DNA of 64,000 nt from a bacterium (GCA_016789445.1 JAEUQT010000002.1:72052-136051), one strand, 5' to 3'; positions 49,401 to 58,962 are shown, counted from the stretch's first letter. Translations and numbers: made by a program. The notes: generated by a model from the sequence alone, not told the origin.

Positions 49401-52400
49401 TGATCGCTGTAGTGAGATCACCGGCAACCAGTCCTGATGTGTTTGCCGAAAGAACGCAGGTATTGAGGATCGAGAAGCAACCTCCCGCGAGGTCGATTCC
49501 GTTTGAGAAGGTGCTTGTTCCGGAGCCGTTGAGGTATATGGAGTTCGTGCCAACCTTCAATTGACCTTGCACATTGAGGTTCTGATACAGGGTCGAAGTC
49601 CCGGCTTGGAAGTTCGCAATACTGCCGATTGAAAATACTGAGCCTGGTGAAGTGGTTCCGATGCCCACGTTGCCGCCGAAATACGCATTTCCTGTGGTCG
49701 TTGCGCCACCATTGATGGTGAGTCCTGTCGCCTGGCCGCCTGCACCGATCGTCGACGAAGCATATGCGGTGAGGCCGCCATTGAACTGCGTGAGTGTCGA
49801 AGTCGCATTGCCATTAAGAAGGAACGGATACGCGAACGATGAGCCGCTGCTGAGGCATACGCCACCGACCGCATAACAGCCCGAAGTGATGTTCATGCCT
49901 ACGTTGCTTGTCGAGGTCGCTGAGCCGGAGATGTTGAGGCCGGAGAGGGTGGTAGTGCCGAATCCAGTAGCGGATACAGAGAGGAACTTGGTCGCGGTCG
50001 AGCTCGAAGCAATCTCAAACACCGGATTCGTCTGCCCAGCATCACCCTGCAGTGCGAGCTTTGCCCACGGCGTGGTCGTACCGATACCAACCTTATCGGC
50101 GTTATCCAACAAGAACGACTGCGTGCCATCATTCGCCCAACCGGCCGCGTTGTTGCCGTTGACGGGTGCGATCATGGCACCGGTGAAGTAGGTGATAGCC
50201 GTGTTCCCGCCGTCGACGATTTGGTTTGAGGCGGTCTGTGTGTCGCCGTATACCTCGAAGTAGTCGGTCGTACCGTTTGCTTCGACGATGGTAGTTATCA
50301 CCACATTCACGGTGCTTGCTTCCGCGGTCTCGCTCGGCAATATTGCGTTCGCAGCTGCAACTCCGTTCTTATAGATCATCGCGAATCCATGATCGTCAGC
50401 GCTGAGGGCACCATATTGAAGATTAGCTGTAAGGATGTATTTGCCCGGCACGGTCGGCATGAAGCGGTTGCCGCTAAAGTTGTTATTTGTATCGAAGCTC
50501 TCAACGTCCCAGGTGATAAGCGTAGGGCTCGCGCCGACGTTCGTCTGATCAGCGGTTTTGCTCACATGAAATGACGGCCCCGTCGTCGCGGTCGTCACCC
50601 CCTGCCACGTCCCGCCGGCGTTCTTGAATTCGATGACACCGCCGTTGTCACGGAAGCCATAGCCGTCCGTACCGGTCGTGGTGCCGAAGTTCGTGTAGCG
50701 ATCCGTGCCGTTGAAAAGGGTATCGCCGAAGACGGTGAGTTTTGCATTCGGTGTTGAGGTGCCGAGTCCCATATCGCCATTGGAATTGACGAGCAGACGA
50801 GTGCTTTTCGCGCGATTATCCGAAAGAGTAAATGATCCATTATTGGCAAATGCGAGCCAATCTCCTGCAGTGCCAGTAGTGTCATTGAGTCTCAAAGACG
50901 CATTGTCTCCTTCGATAGCGAGACTTCGCGCGGAACATCCGGTACATGCAACAGGCGTGGTTGTTCCGATGCCGATGTTTCCGTTTGTTGCGATAAACAA
51001 GCTCGACGTACCAATCGCCGTATTCGTGCCGCTGAAGTAGGCGACTTGGCCGGTGGTGCCAGTGAGCGAGGCGCTTCCACCACCGACGCACGTGCCGTTT
51101 ACTGCATAGCAGCCGCTCGTGATGTTCATGCCTACGTTCGAGGTAGAAGTCGCAGAACCGGAAATATTCAAACCAGAAAGAGTGGTGGTGCCGAAACCGG
51201 TACCAGATACCGAGAGGAACTTGGTCGCGGTCGAGCTCGAAGCAATCTCAAACACCGGATTCGTCTGCCCAGCATCACCCTGCAGTGCGAGCTTCGCCCA
51301 CGGCGTGGTCGTGCCGATGCCAACCTTATCCGCATTGTCCAAAAGGAACGACTGCGTACCATCATTTGCCCAGCCTGCGGCGTTGTTGCCGTTCACGGGC
51401 GCGATCATGGCGCCTGAGAAGTTGGTGAGAATCGCTGTGCCGTCGACAACCTCCGATCCTGCGGTGGCGTGGCTGACGTAGATTTCAACGTAGTCGGTCG
51501 AACCGTTCATGTCGATTATCTCGCTTATGGAGCTAGTGAGGCGTTGTGCGGCAGCGACATCGGGATAGTTATAGACCTGTGCGACTACTGCGCCGTTCTT
51601 ATAGATCATGATCGATGCGTTCCCCCCGGCATCGATGGTATTCGCCCACCATGCCTGCGCGCGGATGAGGTATTTGCCTGGCACTGTTGGCGTGAATCGA
51701 TTCGACGCGAAATTGTTGTTAGTGTCGAACGTTTCGGTACTCCAAGTGAGAAGTGTGGCTCCGCCGGCGGCAATCGTCTGATCCGAACCGTTCTTATGCA
51801 CACTGAACGACGGCCCCGTCGTCGCGGTCGTCACCCCCTGCCACGTCCCGCCGGCGTTCTTGAATTCGATGACACCGCCGTTGTCACGGAAGCCGTAACC
51901 GCTTGATCCAGTAGTGGTGCCGAAGTTCGCGTAGCGATCCGTGCCGTTGAAGAGGGTATCGCCGAAGACGGTGAGCGCAGCTATTGGGGTTGTGGTACCG
52001 ATACCGACGAACCCGTTGGTGCCCGGAGAAAGAATCACATCACCGGTGCCGAAGGTGGTGCCAATAGCGACATTGCCGTTGGTGCCATCGTAGAGCGTGA
52101 GGAAGCCGTTCGCGTTTCGAGAGCTATTGTATGCGCGGAGATTTGTGGTGCCACCTGCGCCGATCTCCATGTCGCCCCAAACGTTGAATTTTGCTACGGG
52201 AGTTGTTGTGCCCACACCGACGCGGCCGTTCGTGTCTATGAACAAACTCGACGTACCAATCGCCGTATTCGTGCCGCTGAAGTAGGCGAGCTGACCTTGA
52301 GTACCTGAGAGCGATGCAGAACCACCGCCGATGCAGGTGCCGTTTATGGCGTAGCAGCCACCGGAAAGATTGATACCGCCCGTCGATGAGAAGGTCGAAG

Positions 52401-55400
52401 TGGCAGTCGAGAAGTTGATGCCGTTCGTGTTGCCGATAGAGAAAAGTGAGCCCGGTGTCGAGGTGCTAATACCGACATTTCCGTTACCGCGAACGACGAA
52501 TGTGTTATCGGTCGAGGCGGTGCGGAGGCCGAGGAAGTCATTGCTGGTGCTGCTGTCGAGATCCGTCTCGAACGTGTAGCGATTTGAGCCATCCGATGCG
52601 CCGAAGATAAGACGAGCCTCGTCTGCTCCTTCGGTGCCGCCGATCTCGAGCTTGCCGCTCGGAGATGCGACTCCGATACCGACGTTGCTCGCGACATAGA
52701 GTGAGCCGGTTGTTGTTGCACCGCCGGAGATGGTGAGGCCACCGGTCTGCGTACCGTCACCAATGGTCGACGATGCATACGCCGTGAGTCCGCCGTTGAA
52801 GCCGAGCAGGGTTGAAGTCGCATTCGATGGGAACGGATACGCAAAGTTCTGGTAGTCGGTGCCAGGTGTCGCAACGGAGACGACGCCGTTTGCTGCTTTC
52901 AAAACTCCGCTCAAATTGCCTGAGAGAGTGGTCTGGCCGGATACCACCAGCGCACTTGTCGATGCAACACCGTTAGCTTGTGTGAATGCAGTCGAGCCCA
53001 AAGCAGCAGTCGGCGCACTCACCGATTCCGTGAACGAGCTGAACGTGAAGGTAGAAGCGGCTCCAAGCTGCTCGATATTGATAGTCGCAGTTCCTACGGT
53101 CGAACCTAATGTTCGACGAATGCGGAAGTCAGCCACTTGATTTGTAATACGCACATCAAGAGCAAAATCGTTTCCGACATAGGAACCAGTATCTGAAATC
53201 GGGAGCGCCAATTGCCACGCGCCACTTGTCTGTGCATATTTGAGCGGCAACGCATATTGTTTTGAGACCGAGAAGCTCGATGCAGGCACCGTAATGCTTA
53301 TGTAGAGATTGTGGGCACCATTGGTGATCGTGGTGCTTGCGATACTAATTGTGTCATTGATCGTTGTGGGCACTGCGCGCGTGACGCTGAAGCGCTTCTG
53401 AGCAGATGCCGACGTTTCTGAGAAAAGATAGTCTCTTGCAGTCACATTGCCACTTACGGTTGTTGAACCGAAAAAGGCATTTGTCGAAGATGCATAACTT
53501 GAGGAGAAGAGCGTCGAGGACGCGTTCGCGAAGGTCTGGAGTGCGGTGAAGGTGTTTGCGCTGTACGTCTTCGGGATTGTCGTCGAGGAGTGGGCTAAGT
53601 AGATGGCAGACGTCGTCGAGAAGAAATCACGAGTGGTCTGCCAGTAGTTGGCTGATGTCGTGGAGAATCCGAGACCGAGCGACGACCAGTAATTCGCGCT
53701 GGTCGTCGAGAAGCTGTTCGCGAGATAGTAGCTACCTTCAAGGCCATCAAACGTGCCGGTCCAATCACCGGCAGTGGTTGCGATGTAGTCGGTGCCAGGA
53801 ACCGCCGTCAAAACCGCGCCCGTGCCATTGCCCTTGAGGAGTCCGGTGAGCGTCGTCGAGCCGGTGCCGCCGTTGGGTACGCTGAGCGCCGCACCGAGAT
53901 TCAGTGAGCCGAAGTATCCGACGGTCGAGGATGCATAGGTGCTCGAGAAGAGCGTGGTCGATGCGTTCGAGAATGTTTGTAAGCCGGTATACGTATTGGC
54001 GGTATAGGTCTTCGGGATTGTCGTCGATGAGTGGACGAAGTACGTCGCAGATGTCGTTGAGAAGAAGTTATTGACTGACTTCCAGTAGTCGTTCGAGGTG
54101 GTAGAGAAGGCGAGGCCGATCGAGGAGAAGTACGAGGCTGAGGTAGTCGAGAAGAAGTTGCGCTGGTCCTTCCAGGCGTCGGCGCTGGTCGTTGAGAACG
54201 CATTGCCTTGATTCTGCGCGAGGAAATACGAGGCAGACGTGGTGGAGAAGAAATCACGCTGCGTCTTCCAATAATCAGCACTCGTCGTCGAGAACGAGGT
54301 GTCGGTGAACGTCGGCCATGCCTGACGACAATCTCCTGAGATGCAGAGGGAATTCGTGCTGAGTGCCGTCGTGGATGCGTACGGGAATACGGATGCCGCG
54401 GACGAGGTGGCGGTGAAGCGCGGCGCAGTCACGTTGCCATAGCTCGTCATAGCGCCGCGGAAGAGGGAGTTTCCGGCGATTTCGAGGATAGTTCCTACGG
54501 TAGTCGTCGCACTGCTACCGATGATGACGACATCCGTCGGGTCCGCAGGGTAGATGGCCAAGTCATCCGTCGTAGAAGCAAAGAAGCTCGCACCACCGCC
54601 TCCACCACCGGTGAGGTCGGTGCTCCATGTAAGATTGCCGCTGACCATCTTCAGTACTTGGCCGTTCGAGCCATTGGTAAGCGTCGAGGCGATACCATCG
54701 CTTGTCTGCAGAAGGCCGGTGCCAGTACCGAAGCCGAAGGAGCCGCTCACATACATATTAGTAGAGGTGGCATTGGTGCTGGTTGCGTCAGTCACCTCAA
54801 GTCCGTCGAAGGCCTGTGTGCCTGAGAAGGTGATCCCCGAGAGCGTGGAGCCGGATATGGAGGCACCGGAGATGGAGCCGCCCGTGAACGTCGAATCAGT
54901 GATATCGATATCGTCGAATCCGGCGCCTCCGATGCCGTCGGGGAAGCTGTCGACGATGCTCTCCGCCTGGCGATCGCCCCGGTACTCAGCAAGCTCGATG
55001 CGCCCGGTGAGGTAGTTCTCCATCGCATTGAGACGGCTATCCAACAGCTGCTCGGAAAGGCCCGAAGCAAGCACTCCGCCGGAGCCGACCGTCGGTTGGA
55101 TGTAGTTGGTGATGTTGTTCGTGATCTGGGTTGGGGCAGGTGCCTGAGCAACCGGCTGCGAACCACCGCGAACGTACACAACTGGCATCGGCTGCACGTC
55201 GTCACACCAGCCGGTGATGCTGCAGGCGATTGAAGTAATGCTGGTGTAGCTCGCGCGCGCGATCGATTCGATCGGCGAGAAGAAAGATGCAGCAGCAACC
55301 TGCTCGGCCGCAGAACCACGAAGCATGTTGGCGATCGGAGTGGAAAGCGCCGTAGTGTTTGCGATGAAAAGGAGAAGTACTGCACAGATGGAAGATATCG

Positions 55401-55833
55401 TGATGCGCGTGATCAGCATCGTCTGTGCCTTCTCGCGTGCCGCGTGAGCTTTTTCGGATGCACGCAAGATATGCAGCTGACGAGGTGCTACGTGTACAGG
55501 GGAGAGCGGCTGGAAGTTCTCATCGCGCACGACGACCGGCTCCGCAACACTCTTAAGCTCGCGTGAGAGGTTTTGGTGCCATGCCTCTTTCTTCGCCTCA
55601 TGCGCCTTGATAAAGGGGACCAAGGAATCAGCTTCAACGATCCACGTCTTACCCGAGCGTCGTCCACGAAGTTTTCCTTCGCGACAAAGGCGCGATACAT
55701 AATCCGGCGCGTACCCCAAAACATCTCCGGCTTCGCGTGCCGTCAGGTAGTGAACGCCGTCAATGTACAAGTTATTTTTCACACCGCGAAAGTGACGAAA
55801 TATGTTGCAACTATAACTTTTTTCGTCAGTCAC
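46483..55833 (-). CDS. Giant (3116 aa) membrane-anchored surface repeat protein with N-terminal excisionase-like HTH domain
   Basis: The N-terminus YLTAREAGDVLGYAPDYVSRLCREGKLRGRRSGKTWIVEADSL looks HTH_17/MerR-excisionase-like. It has a single TM helix (LITRITISSICAVLLLFIANTTAL). The huge extracytoplasmic part carries more than 25 FSTTSA-(D/N/S)Y(W/F) repeats, Gly-rich low-complexity tracts and a large internal duplication. The C-terminal tail is acidic and Pro/Glu-rich. Confidence 0.7.
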   Translation of the reverse strand: MTDEKSYSCNIFRHFRGVKNNLYIDGVHYLTAREAGDVLGYAPDYVSRLCREGKLRGRRSGKTWIVEADSLVPFIKAHEAKKEAWHQNLSRELKSVAEPVVVRDENFQPLSPVHVAPRQLHILRASEKAHAAREKAQTMLITRITISSICAVLLLFIANTTALSTPIANMLRGSAAEQVAAASFFSPIESIARASYTSITSIACSITGWCDDVQPMPVVYVRGGSQPVAQAPAPTQITNNITNYIQPTVGSGGVLASGLSEQLLDSRLNAMENYLTGRIELAEYRGDRQAESIVDSFPDGIGGAGFDDIDITDSTFTGGSISGASISGSTLSGITFSGTQAFDGLEVTDATSTNATSTNMYVSGSFGFGTGTGLLQTSDGIASTLTNGSNGQVLKMVSGNLTWSTDLTGGGGGGASFFASTTDDLAIYPADPTDVVIIGSSATTTVGTILEIAGNSLFRGAMTSYGNVTAPRFTATSSAASVFPYASTTALSTNSLCISGDCRQAWPTFTDTSFSTTSADYWKTQRDFFSTTSASYFLAQNQGNAFSTTSADAWKDQRNFFSTTSASYFSSIGLAFSTTSNDYWKSVNNFFSTTSATYFVHSSTTIPKTYTANTYTGLQTFSNASTTLFSSTYASSTVGYFGSLNLGAALSVPNGGTGSTTLTGLLKGNGTGAVLTAVPGTDYIATTAGDWTGTFDGLEGSYYLANSFSTTSANYWSSLGLGFSTTSANYWQTTRDFFSTTSAIYLAHSSTTIPKTYSANTFTALQTFANASSTLFSSSYASSTNAFFGSTTVSGNVTARDYLFSETSASAQKRFSVTRAVPTTINDTISIASTTITNGAHNLYISITVPASSFSVSKQYALPLKYAQTSGAWQLALPISDTGSYVGNDFALDVRITNQVADFRIRRTLGSTVGTATINIEQLGAASTFTFSSFTESVSAPTAALGSTAFTQANGVASTSALVVSGQTTLSGNLSGVLKAANGVVSVATPGTDYQNFAYPFPSNATSTLLGFNGGLTAYASSTIGDGTQTGGLTISGGATTTGSLYVASNVGIGVASPSGKLEIGGTEGADEARLIFGASDGSNRYTFETDLDSSTSNDFLGLRTASTDNTFVVRGNGNVGISTSTPGSLFSIGNTNGINFSTATSTFSSTGGINLSGGCYAINGTCIGGGSASLSGTQGQLAYFSGTNTAIGTSSLFIDTNGRVGVGTTTPVAKFNVWGDMEIGAGGTTNLRAYNSSRNANGFLTLYDGTNGNVAIGTTFGTGDVILSPGTNGFVGIGTTTPIAALTVFGDTLFNGTDRYANFGTTTGSSGYGFRDNGGVIEFKNAGGTWQGVTTATTGPSFSVHKNGSDQTIAAGGATLLTWSTETFDTNNNFASNRFTPTVPGKYLIRAQAWWANTIDAGGNASIMIYKNGAVVAQVYNYPDVAAAQRLTSSISEIIDMNGSTDYVEIYVSHATAGSEVVDGTAILTNFSGAMIAPVNGNNAAGWANDGTQSFLLDNADKVGIGTTTPWAKLALQGDAGQTNPVFEIASSSTATKFLSVSGTGFGTTTLSGLNISGSATSTSNVGMNITSGCYAVNGTCVGGGSASLTGTTGQVAYFSGTNTAIGTSSLFIATNGNIGIGTTTPVACTGCSARSLAIEGDNASLRLNDTTGTAGDWLAFANNGSFTLSDNRAKSTRLLVNSNGDMGLGTSTPNAKLTVFGDTLFNGTDRYTNFGTTTGTDGYGFRDNGGVIEFKNAGGTWQGVTTATTGPSFHVSKTADQTNVGASPTLITWDVESFDTNNNFSGNRFMPTVPGKYILTANLQYGALSADDHGFAMIYKNGVAAANAILPSETAEASTVNVVITTIVEANGTTDYFEVYGDTQTASNQIVDGGNTAITYFTGAMIAPVNGNNAAGWANDGTQSFLLDNADKVGIGTTTPWAKLALQGDAGQTNPVFEIASSSTATKFLSVSATGFGTTTLSGLNISGSATSTSNVGMNITSGCYAVGGVCLSSGSSFAYPFLLNGNATSTLTQFNGGLTAYASSTIGAGGQATGLTINGGATTTGNAYFGGNVGIGTTSPGSVFSIGSIANFQAGTSTLYQNLNVQGQLKVGTNSIYLNGSGTSTFSNGIDLAGGCFSILNTCVLSANTSGLVAGDLTTAINTSVNALQIASSSAKWVSLSNGVADSFGSASIADDSGIDLVNSSGIATSAGMIALVPDAAPSGGSSSSSGGDSIRTFTSNGTFYSGAVGTVQVLVVGGGGGGGGNATASVRGSGGGGAGEYVAISSFNVTPATSYAITVGTGGGSNTDGATTTAFGLTARGGGAGAEPFNNGRPGGSGGGAGDDSSATTGGASTAVSPGVGSSGGNAGSGGSGGGGAGGGGAAGAGGSGGGNGVEAGGAGGTGIANTISGTSVTYSSGGAGGTRSGNNNGTNGATPGSGGRGAGGGASTVVTGGTGADGIVIVRYTTVSGTGASRLISNTFTASSSPSTAKFFFAGTSTAAFTLNTHIAAAVSRDGGTTWSTTTLQALSTLEDGSTLYGDTAVDLSGQPSGTSMKYRILMSPSSPAGIMLRGVSLQWGEVSAQNAGALSVTGSLSAQSLSLTSALGVANGGTGLTSISSGSILFGNDTGSIGTSSSLFWDTTNQRLGIGTTTPTYMLSVSGNGTNAKNRIAVWGRQNTTNGTAAGLSFFNTDGNPSTQKEIAGIDAGRHSNNFGGSLSLFTSDTAGATSTRLFIDSSGNVGIGTTTPLRQLHVSGTNAYVRLDGSANSGMEIYESGARKWIIDNLVSDDRLRFFSDTANEIMSLTQSGNVGVGTTTPVSTLSVQGSLCVRSTGSCGTTAGTIYATTATISDIDLAENYRAIDSTLLTGEIVSLLENSTSTIRRAKHGEEGLGVLSTKPGLLLGQEIKDGRAVALKGRVPLKVNMEGGPIAVGDRLTISSVPGIGTKATTSSYTVARALEATSVSGEIEVFVENEYTLVIEEKNALRDLLNATSTATSTPVFANIFARMTNWLADAQNGITEIFTKTLRAENVYADTVNANKLCLEDLCVTKAELQQLLNQSGATPASTPEEPPDEPQSETPPEETGSEEPAPEPEDSPETEAPEDAPEESETPPNDENPEPESTPEPSPEEV
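49886..52351. repeat. Intragenic tandem duplication, two copies of about 1233 bp inside the giant gene
   Basis: The DNA at 49975-50200 matches 51208-51433 almost exactly, as does 50581-50760 vs 51811-51990, giving a period of 1233 bp. The protein segment ...NGNNAAGWANDGTQSFLLDNADKVGIGTTTPWAKLALQGDAGQTNPVFEIASSSTATKFLSVS... occurs twice. Confidence 0.6.
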
Positions 55834-55970
55834 GCTTACGCGAAAGGGTGTGGATTCTGTGAATAACTGTGCAAAGTATTTTCTGGATCATGTATTCGTG
55901 CAGTCGTGTATAAAATCTTTGCATGCACGTGCTGTAGAGCGGAATCCGGAGCTTAGGAAGCAATCTTTGT

Positions 55971-56108
55971 GAGATCTCGGTAGCGTCTCGGATATTACGT
56001 AGTAGCGTCTAACATATACATCTCGATTTAACGAGCTAAATAAATTAACGGTATCTCGTTTAATCTCGGAATATCTCGGATCCAAATCTCGGATGCATCT
56101 CGGATTGG
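55971..56108. repeat. Array of ATCTCGGAT-family motifs (locus B), including 4-5 head-to-tail copies at 56051-56108
   Basis: GAGATCTCGGTAGCGTCTCGGATATT ... CATCTCGATT ... GGTATCTCGTTTAATCTCGGAATATCTCGGATCCAAATCTCGGATGCATCTCGGATTGG. It sits in the divergent promoter region between the giant gene and gatB. Confidence 0.5.
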
Positions 56109-56344
56109 CGCTTTCGTCGGTTGTTCTTCAGGCATTTTCATTTGTTGGTGTGGTTTCTCGGACTTTAGGTGTGATCCTTGCGGCCCTTTTTCGTTGAGTC
56201 TGTTCTTTTCGGGTGGGACTTGCCATCGATTCGTTCTCGTGGCGTATCATAAACGGCACTGAAATGAACTCAAGAATTCGGTAAAGTCATCCGTACTAGG
56301 GAAGGTTCCTGCAAAGGCGGCGATTCCTTATATACTTAAGAACT

Positions 56345-57781
56345 ATGGCCTACACACCGACGATCGGAATGGAAGTACACGCAGAGCTGAAAACCGCGAC
56401 AAAGATGTTCTGCAATTCGAAGAACGATGCGCATGAGATGCGTCCGAATGTAAACATCTGTCCGGTGTGTCTCGCGCATCCGGGAACGCTTCCCGTCATC
56501 AATAAGGAAGCGGTGAAGCATGTGCTTCGTGTGGGCATCGCACTTGGCAGCGAGCTCGCTGATTACACCGAATTCGATCGCAAGAATTATTTCTATCCTG
56601 ATCTTCCGAAGGGATACCAGATAAGCCAATATGAATTTCCATTGGTTAGCGGCGGTACGCTCGCAGGCGTACAGATTACACGCATACACCTTGAAGAAGA
56701 CACGGCAAGCTCGGTGCACGACAGCCAAACGGGCGCTACACTCATAGACTTTAACCGCTCCAGCATGCCGCTCATGGAGTTGGTCACCGAGCCGGTTATC
56801 CATAGCGCGGAGGAAGCAGGGAAGTTCGGTCGTGAGCTGCAGCTCTTGCTGCGCTATCTCGGTGCATCTGATGCGGATATGGAGCAAGGACAGATGCGTC
56901 TCGAAGCGAACATTTCTCTTTCTGATACCGACAAGCTCGGTACGAAAGTGGAAGTAAAAAACATCAATTCATTCCGCGCGATGGAACGCGCAGTTGCATA
57001 CGAGATCAAGCGCCAGACCGAGCTTCTATCCAAAGGAGAGAAGGTGATACAAGAGACGCGTGGTTGGGATGATGTAAAACAGCAGACGTTCTCGCAGCGC
57101 GTAAAAGAAGTCGCCGCTGATTACCGCTACTTCCCGGATCCTGATCTCCCATCACTCAAGCTTTCAGAGATACCGGAATTCTCACGAGAGAATCTCGCAC
57201 AGACATTGCCTGAATTGCCCGACGCACGCCGAGCACGCTACGCGTCGTGGGGTATTAAGCCTGCAGATGCGGAGCAGTTCGTACAGTATCCGCGCATCGG
57301 ATCCTTCTTTGATGCGGTGGCAGCCACCAAAACAGGGGATGCAGCTTTCGCACAGCGTGCCGCCAACTATATTGCCAACGACTTAGTGAAGATAATCCGA
57401 GATACTGATTCGCGAGATTCAGAATTAAGCGCCGAGATACCGGTTTCTGTAGAGAATTTTGCCAAAATAATCGATCTCATCGGTGCAGGTAAGATATCTT
57501 CCCGTGTCGCCAAGGACCTCCTGCTTATGGTTATCGCTGAAAGGCGCGATCCTGAGTCCCTTGCCACAGAGAAGGGGCTCTTCCAGACCAGTTCTGCTGC
57601 TGATCTCGGGCCTACGATTGATGCAATTCTCACCGAGCATACATCCGTGGTTGCAGATTACAAGGGAGGAAAGGAAGCGGCACTGCAATTCCTCTTCGGA
57701 CAGGCAATGAAGGTTCTGAAGGGTGCTGCTGAGCCAGCTACGTTGCGTCAGGCGCTTATTGACGCCATCGCTAAGAAATAA
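56345..57781 (+). CDS. gatB: Asp-tRNA(Asn)/Glu-tRNA(Gln) amidotransferase subunit B
   Basis: 478 aa. The N-terminus YTPTIGMEVHAELKTATKMFC, the C4 Zn motif NVNICPVCLAHPGTLP, the GatB core and the C-terminal YqeY-like domain are all present. Confidence 0.9.
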   Translation: MAYTPTIGMEVHAELKTATKMFCNSKNDAHEMRPNVNICPVCLAHPGTLPVINKEAVKHVLRVGIALGSELADYTEFDRKNYFYPDLPKGYQISQYEFPLVSGGTLAGVQITRIHLEEDTASSVHDSQTGATLIDFNRSSMPLMELVTEPVIHSAEEAGKFGRELQLLLRYLGASDADMEQGQMRLEANISLSDTDKLGTKVEVKNINSFRAMERAVAYEIKRQTELLSKGEKVIQETRGWDDVKQQTFSQRVKEVAADYRYFPDPDLPSLKLSEIPEFSRENLAQTLPELPDARRARYASWGIKPADAEQFVQYPRIGSFFDAVAATKTGDAAFAQRAANYIANDLVKIIRDTDSRDSELSAEIPVSVENFAKIIDLIGAGKISSRVAKDLLLMVIAERRDPESLATEKGLFQTSSAADLGPTIDAILTEHTSVVADYKGGKEAALQFLFGQAMKVLKGAAEPATLRQALIDAIAKK

Positions 57782-57801
57782 CTCGGGTACCCGAGCCTCC
57801 G

Positions 57802-58962
57802 TTGAAACACAAGGGGTTTTCCCCGATGTCTACTCTTGCAAACAGGCGAGAGGAGTATAATAGCTGCATGGCACAGGAGATTAATCTCGGAGGAACGATA
57901 TACATCTCGTCTAAGCATGCAGCCGAGAAGACCGGCTATACGCAGGACTACATCGGCCAGCTTGCCCGCGGCGGCTCCATCGAGGCGAAGCGTGTATCAG
58001 GTATGTGGTACATCCTTGAGGAATCCCTTCGGGCGTATAAGGAGAAAGCAGACCAGTTCGTCCCCACGCCTCCTGAGGGATTCACGAAGTCACCCGAAGC
58101 GGAAGTGGCAGTATCATTCGATGGTAAAGACTACATCTCGGCAAACCGAGCAGCGAAGATTACAGGATATAACCAGGACTATATCGGTCAGCTTGCCCGC
58201 AGTAATCAGATCCTCTCGCGGCAGGTCGGTAAGCGCTGGTATGTCGATCGAGAATCGCTCCTGAAGCATAAAGAGGAGAAGGACGCGCTTCTTGCTGCGG
58301 TACAGGTCGAATCTGTCGGTCTTGCGAAGCCAGAAGACCTCCCGCCGATCCAGGAGCCGGAACCTGCTCCCGTAGAGGAGGTGGTCGTCGAACAGGAGGT
58401 AACCCATTTCAGCTACGTTAAGGAAGAGGAAGCGCCTCTTATCCCGGAGTTTGAGACCGAGGAGCCAGAACCCATGCCGGAATTCCCGCGACGCAAAGTA
58501 GCTGAACCGGTCTTTCAGGAATATCGTGCCCCCGAGCCCGAACTGGCTAGATTTGAAGCCGTAGAATCGATAGAGGAAGCTCCGGTAGTCGGTGAGGAAA
58601 TCGCCCCGCAGACGCCACAAGAGCCCGTCATGGAGGAGGTCGTCATCCCGATCCGAGTCACGGACGAAGAGGCGATAGAGGAGGCGTATATCGAGGAGGA
58701 TGCGCCGGTACGTAAGGCGCGAAAGCCGGTAGGCGCCTTTAATTTCATCGCAATCTCGTCTCTCACGGTAGTTGCTGCTCTCGGGACGCTCGCCTACATC
58801 GGAAGCTCGCTTGGATTCCTCGATTTCGGTAGCGTCATGCCGCAGGGAGATGGCTCTCAGAATGCTTCTGCGGCCAATACTGTTGTAGAGAGCAATGCTG
58901 ACAAGGCAGGAGAGACGATCCGTGGATTCTTCTCGAAAGAGATAACGTATAAGCGTCAGTAA
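57802..58962 (+). CDS. Membrane protein with two tandem N-terminal excisionase-like HTH modules, acidic Pro/Glu linker and C-terminal TM helix
   Basis: The two modules are YISSKHAAEKTGYTQDYIGQLARGGSIEAKRVSGMWYILEESL and YISANRAAKITGYNQDYIGQLARSNQILSRQVGKRWYVDRESL. The TM helix is FNFIAISSLTVVAALGTLAYIGSSLGF. The start could also be the internal Met at MSTLANR. Confidence 0.5.
   Translation: MKHKGFSPMSTLANRREEYNSCMAQEINLGGTIYISSKHAAEKTGYTQDYIGQLARGGSIEAKRVSGMWYILEESLRAYKEKADQFVPTPPEGFTKSPEAEVAVSFDGKDYISANRAAKITGYNQDYIGQLARSNQILSRQVGKRWYVDRESLLKHKEEKDALLAAVQVESVGLAKPEDLPPIQEPEPAPVEEVVVEQEVTHFSYVKEEEAPLIPEFETEEPEPMPEFPRRKVAEPVFQEYRAPEPELARFEAVESIEEAPVVGEEIAPQTPQEPVMEEVVIPIRVTDEEAIEEAYIEEDAPVRKARKPVGAFNFIAISSLTVVAALGTLAYIGSSLGFLDFGSVMPQGDGSQNASAANTVVESNADKAGETIRGFFSKEITYKRQ

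Noticed and set aside
57782-57795. CTCGGGTACCCGAG palindrome right after gatB
   Set aside because: Short stem with a 2-nt loop and no downstream U-tract. Unconvincing as a terminator.
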